DNA of 64,000 nt, taken from positions 300,468 through 364,467 of the forward strand of contig JAGSHD010000001.1 in the NCBI GenBank assembly GCA_023954715.1, given 5' to 3'. The stretch is from Candidatus Cloacimonadota bacterium (GTDB taxonomy: Bacteria > Muiribacteriota > UBA6191). Both the position numbers and the translations under genes were made by a program. Positions 60,180-64,000 of the stretch are shown here, in pieces (within the stretch, counting starts at the first letter, position 1; every line of letters starts with the position of its first letter). A model generated the notes under the pieces. That model searched no databases, was not told where the DNA came from, and saw only the letters and a list, made by a program, of their open reading frames with translations.

Positions 60180-61435
60180 AATACTTTTTGTCCCTGATAA
60201 TAGGCGCTCACAATCAGCTCATTGAATGAATCTCTCGGTAGAGCTAAAATATCATCTAAGATATCTTTGGCATTTGATTTTTTAGCTGATGGTAGACAAA
60301 TAAAATCGGCAGAATACTCAGGATCTAAAGCCCCTTTTGATTTCATTCCTAGCATTTCTGTAGCATGCTTAGTCGATCTATATAGCGCCCTTACAGAGTC
60401 CGTATCTCTGCCAACAGCTGTGTGCTGATCTACAAAGCTTTTCATGACATCAAACATAGATATATAAGGTCCAGCACCAATATCTGAAGCTAATGCCCAA
60501 TCTATCCCTCTTTGATCCAACACGGTATAGTCTAAAAGGCCCGATCCTAATCCTCGCTCTTTGATAGGAGCATTCGATGTTGGACAATGGGCAATTTTAG
60601 CTTTACTAGACTCAAAAAGATCTAGCTCATGGTCAGTAAGGTGAATACAATGACCAAAGATAGCTTTTTCATGGACTAGTCCACAATCATCATACAAATC
60701 CATATAATCATATTGTTTATCTTTATATTGATCAAAGCTTTGGTAATAGTCACGAGTTATATTAATCTCATTTATTGTTTCTGAGAGATGAGTTTGCATA
60801 TAAAGGTCATGCTTTTTTGCAAAATCACCTAAAAAAGTCATAATCTTCGGGTTACAACTCAATGCAAAACGAGGTGTAACTACATAGTTTTTACCAAACT
60901 TTTGGTACATATTAGTCAATAAACCATCATAGTATGATAAATCTCGTTTTAAAAACTCTGGTGAATTATCTGTCATTACAACATTGCCAATTAAAAAGTC
61001 CCCTACAGATGAGTTAAATGCCTCTACAACAGAGTTATCATGTATAGAAGCATACATAGCACCATAAAAAGTACCCGAACGCTTTAACTTGTTAAAAAAG
61101 AACTCTGCTTTAGCTTTAGCATAATCTAAATCTTCAAATTTACGCTCTTCTGGAAAAACATATTGCTCTAACCATGCTAACAAGTTTTCTTTGTCCATGT
61201 CAGACACTGGATCTTGTACCCAGTGAAAATGTGTATCACAAAAGGCTGGCATGACCGTCAATAAACCATCTGAGTCTTGAAGCTTTACAATATCTTTAGT
61301 CTCACCTGTATAATTTGAATAGTCTACAATCTCTACGATTTTACTATCTTCAACTACAAGTAGAGAGTTTTCAAAATAATCTGCTTTTGTATCACTCTTT
61401 GGATTAATAAAATTGGCGTGATATATCTTTCTCAT
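60176..61435 (-). CDS. Amidohydrolase-superfamily deaminase (guanine/cytosine/MTA-deaminase-like subgroup).
   Basis: It has the N-terminal metal ligands CDTHFHW (HxH), the mid-protein HLSE motif, and the C-terminal HCPTSNA...ASDIGAG. A 4-nt overlap couples it to the upstream cdd. Confidence 0.75.
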   Translation of the reverse strand: MRKIYHANFINPKSDTKADYFENSLLVVEDSKIVEIVDYSNYTGETKDIVKLQDSDGLLTVMPAFCDTHFHWVQDPVSDMDKENLLAWLEQYVFPEERKFEDLDYAKAKAEFFFNKLKRSGTFYGAMYASIHDNSVVEAFNSSVGDFLIGNVVMTDNSPEFLKRDLSYYDGLLTNMYQKFGKNYVVTPRFALSCNPKIMTFLGDFAKKHDLYMQTHLSETINEINITRDYYQSFDQYKDKQYDYMDLYDDCGLVHEKAIFGHCIHLTDHELDLFESSKAKIAHCPTSNAPIKERGLGSGLLDYTVLDQRGIDWALASDIGAGPYISMFDVMKSFVDQHTAVGRDTDSVRALYRSTKHATEMLGMKSKGALDPEYSADFICLPSAKKSNAKDILDDILALPRDSFNELIVSAYYQGQKVF

Positions 61436-61845
61436 GCTTTTTCTTTTTCTGCATCAAGTAGTTTTGGACTAAATGGGTAAGGTAGGAGTTGGTCAAATCG
61501 AAAGCTCTTAATAATCCCAGTACGATTTGCTAAATGAATCTCAAAGTCCTCATCACAAAACTCAGCCATTACTTGTAAGCAAAATGCACATGGAGGTGCT
61601 GGTTCTTGTGTTTCAGTAGCTATAATGATATACGAGAAGTCTGTTGTACCTTCACTTACAGCCTTTAAAAATGCTGTTCTCTCAGCACAAACAGTACCAC
61701 CATAAGAAGCATTTTCTATGTTGCACCCTCCATACACTGTACCATCTTTACTATGTAAAGCGGCTCCAACGGAAAATTTTGAATAAGGGTTATAACAATA
61801 ATTTAACTGCTCAACGGATAGGTTCCATGCTTCTTGTAAATCCAT
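61432..61845 (-). CDS. cdd: Cytidine deaminase.
   Basis: It has the zinc-binding motifs CAERTA and PCAFCLQ. It is 137 aa. Confidence 0.85.
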   Translation of the reverse strand: MDLQEAWNLSVEQLNYCYNPYSKFSVGAALHSKDGTVYGGCNIENASYGGTVCAERTAFLKAVSEGTTDFSYIIIATETQEPAPPCAFCLQVMAEFCDEDFEIHLANRTGIIKSFRFDQLLPYPFSPKLLDAEKEKA

Positions 61846-62055
61846 ATATACTCATTTCTTGTAAGGCTATTTATATAAGTCATCGATCCAACAAACCATT
61901 GAACTTAAATCGCTGCTTTAGACTTGTCGAATTTTAGAACTCTGATAGTATACCTATAAAATCTTATGTTGAAAAGATTGACCAACACTTTAATTAATAA
62001 TCTGTAAAAAATGGCTCATTATTTACAAAGATCTATTTTTGAATATTCAAGTTTT

Positions 62056-63018
62056 TTACTCAATGCCTTTTAGCTTTTCTTTGGCTCCTGGCAATGACTT
62101 TATGTCTATATATTCAATTCGACTATCTTCTTTAAAAGTCATAAATTTACTTGGAAGTTTTTCTAATACTAAATCAAAGAAGTACGAGGGAGATTTTTCT
62201 ATAGCTTTAGCTAGATTTCTTTTAGCATTTTCTGTTTCTTTGATACGAGCGTAAAGATAGGCTAACCTATAGTGGTTTTCATAAGTATTACTCTGTCTAT
62301 GAGATAGCTTAGCTTCAAAAAACCAAATCAAATTTTTAAGACTCATTTTTTTATAGCCTGTCATTTCAAAGGGCGTAAACTTGTAAGCGTAATAACAAGA
62401 TAGTTTTGTCTCTTCATCTAATTGATGTTTATTGATTCTTGATTTACAGTTTTTGCCATATAGATTACCTAACTTTTCAAATTTTTCTACATTAGTAAAT
62501 ATATCTGGATAGTCTAGAGCAAAGTCATAAGCAAACTCATACTCTTCTAAAAACACAAAATAATCCATAAGTAGTTGAAGTAACAATTTATTTCTTGGAA
62601 AAAGTTTTAAAAGTTTTTCAAAGTTTTCTTCGTCCATAATCTTGCTTGATTCAAACTCATACCGAATCCTAAAGTATGGATATAAAGCTTCGTTACTTGA
62701 TTTTATATATGCAAGATGATCACTGCGAAAATCTGAATCTGGAAACTCATGAGCTAGTTTATAAGCACGATACTTATTTTTAGACTCCCAATTTAGCTTA
62801 ATATCTAAAGTTAAAACTTTAGGGCTATTGGGTAATTTTTTATGTAATACTTTGATCACTCTCGATGCTTTTTTATATCTTTTTTCTGCTATGAGTCCTT
62901 TTCCTAAATAATATAAAGCCTCTAAATTACCTGTTTTTCGGTACATGTTTTCTAGTTGAGCTAAGTTTTCACCATAGCAAAATTGTATGCTAAAAATAAA
63001 TAAAAGCAAAAGTTTCAT
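62056..63018 (-). CDS. Secreted TPR-like hypothetical protein.
   Basis: It has a signal peptide (MKLLLLFIFSIQFCYG) and helical repeats. It overlaps the upstream amidohydrolase gene by 4 nt. Confidence 0.55.
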   Translation of the reverse strand: MKLLLLFIFSIQFCYGENLAQLENMYRKTGNLEALYYLGKGLIAEKRYKKASRVIKVLHKKLPNSPKVLTLDIKLNWESKNKYRAYKLAHEFPDSDFRSDHLAYIKSSNEALYPYFRIRYEFESSKIMDEENFEKLLKLFPRNKLLLQLLMDYFVFLEEYEFAYDFALDYPDIFTNVEKFEKLGNLYGKNCKSRINKHQLDEETKLSCYYAYKFTPFEMTGYKKMSLKNLIWFFEAKLSHRQSNTYENHYRLAYLYARIKETENAKRNLAKAIEKSPSYFFDLVLEKLPSKFMTFKEDSRIEYIDIKSLPGAKEKLKGIE

Positions 63019-64000
63019 TCAAGATCCTTTATCACTGCCACGTAACTATCTTCGATAGCCTTCTTTTTAATATGTCTACCAGAAGAGACTTTTTTGACTC
63101 CTGATACATATACATCATCGATCAAACGAGGAGATGCATTAAAGATTATTTCATTAATTAGACTCGATTCATTTTTTAATCGAATACATGGGACTTCTGA
63201 ATTTAATACTATAAAATCAGCATAATACCCTTCTTTTAGTGCTCCTACGGGTAAACCAAGCGCTTTTGCTCCCCCTTTATTTGTTTGAGATATTAATGTT
63301 TCACCCACCAAGCCCTTTTGATCTTCATGAGCAATTCTGTTTCTTTTTAAATCCCTATATCTTTGAGAGTACTCTAACAAACGTAGCTCTTCTAGAGGAT
63401 CAACTCGAACATGAGAGTCTGATCCAATTGCAAAAGAACCACCCTGCTTAAGATAGCTCGTTAATGGAAAAATCCCATCTCCTAAATTTGCCTCTGTAAT
63501 AGGACAAATACCTACCGTACATCCTGACTCTGCCATGAGTGATACTTCTTTTTCGTTTACGTGGGTAGCGTGGACTAAACACCACTTATCATCTACACTA
63601 TAGTTTTCAAACAAATACTCCACAGGAGGTTTTCCGTAAGAGGTCTTTACTTGCTCTACCTCTGCTGGCTGCTCTGAAATATGAATATGAATTACACAAT
63701 CAATTGATTTTTGAAAATCTATCAGTTTATCCATATTTTCTTTATTCACAGCTCGCAATGAATGAATAGATACGCCCAAATGATTTCCTGGTTTTACTTT
63801 TAAAGAAAGCTCTTTACAATATTGAATCATTTCATCTGTTGAAAGATAAAATCTTTCTTGCTTAGGACCTAGCTGCTTATCTATCCCGCCTTGTTGATAT
63901 AAAACCGGAAACAAAGCGATTCGTATCCCAACTTTTGAAGCAGAGTCTAAAACAGACTCACCCAGTAATAGAGTAGAGTTTTTGTCTTTATGCAAATAGT
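63015..64000 (-). CDS. Amidohydrolase-superfamily deaminase (guanine deaminase/HutF-like). It is 5'-partial, and its N-terminus with the HxH motif lies beyond the window end.
   Basis: The HISE motif (CVIHIHISEQ) sits only about 100 residues into the visible ORF, but about 230 residues in in full-length family members. The C-terminus has GSDSHV. Confidence 0.7.
   Translation of the reverse strand, partial: YLHKDKNSTLLLGESVLDSASKVGIRIALFPVLYQQGGIDKQLGPKQERFYLSTDEMIQYCKELSLKVKPGNHLGVSIHSLRAVNKENMDKLIDFQKSIDCVIHIHISEQPAEVEQVKTSYGKPPVEYLFENYSVDDKWCLVHATHVNEKEVSLMAESGCTVGICPITEANLGDGIFPLTSYLKQGGSFAIGSDSHVRVDPLEELRLLEYSQRYRDLKRNRIAHEDQKGLVGETLISQTNKGGAKALGLPVGALKEGYYADFIVLNSEVPCIRLKNESSLINEIIFNASPRLIDDVYVSGVKKVSSGRHIKKKAIEDSYVAVIKDLE

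Overview
This is an AT-rich bacterial chromosomal segment, roughly one-third G+C by eye, with about 60 protein-coding genes. I found no rRNA or tRNA (no T-loop-like GTTCGAATCC-type motif in any intergenic region), no transposase or integrase, and no CRISPR array. The left 20 kb is a lipid-catabolism and lipid-scavenging neighbourhood. It contains a minus-strand beta-oxidation operon of an acyl-CoA ligase, a thiolase and a FadB-type multifunctional enzyme. The thiolase and FadB genes are translationally coupled through a TAATG overlap. The neighbourhood also contains four secreted lipolytic or serine-hydrolase genes. It includes a class-3 lipase, a type Vd (PlpD-like) patatin autotransporter, a GxSxG alpha/beta hydrolase and a beta-lactamase-fold SxxK hydrolase. 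A rhomboid protease, a HAD hydrolase and a TetR regulator are present too. Directly downstream of the TetR regulator lies a 1290-aa four-domain gene. It fuses an LplT-like MFS transporter, a PlsC acyltransferase (HX4D), a phosphopantetheine carrier (LGLDSL) and an acyl-ACP/CoA synthetase-type adenylation domain. The middle of the window carries an Na+:alanine symporter (AGCS). Next comes a 1021-aa secreted multidomain protein with an S/T/G-rich linker, a CHAP domain, an 18-bp x10 tandem repeat encoding (GSTGDT)n, a HExxH zincin-like C-terminal domain and an acidic His-rich tail. It is followed by a B12-binding radical SAM gene coupled to tlyA, then rplM-rpsI, a membrane-anchored TPR protein with a C-terminal Mrr-like nuclease fold, and typA/bipA. 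Further right are a REC-adenylate cyclase, a small MazG-like gene and a GldA/GldF/GldG-like ABC operon whose fourth gene fuses a DUF4340-like domain to a parvulin PPIase. Housekeeping genes there include dsbD, nrnA, a secreted redoxin, a two-subunit class I fumarase and sucCD preceded by a large secreted helical protein. A three-gene operon of unknown proteins with internally duplicated domains follows, then an MFS transporter and a cytidine deaminase flanked by two amidohydrolases. Several intergenic regions carry notable palindromes. One sits 7 bp upstream of the tetR start codon. A cluster of TTAA-core palindromes lies upstream of the fad operon. A convergent gap downstream of sucD holds three GAAATCnnnGATTTC palindromes. 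Strong, often bidirectional, rho-independent terminators with perfect 8-14 bp stems mark most convergent junctions. The outer-membrane beta-barrel autotransporter, DsbD, the GldG-type ABC system, the abundant secreted hydrolases and the low G+C content together suggest a Gram-negative, possibly predatory Bdellovibrionota-like (Bacteriovorax/Halobacteriovorax-like) organism. That assignment is inference only. The provided ORF track evidently allows GTG/TTG starts, and I corrected several N-termini on the basis of Shine-Dalgarno spacing.
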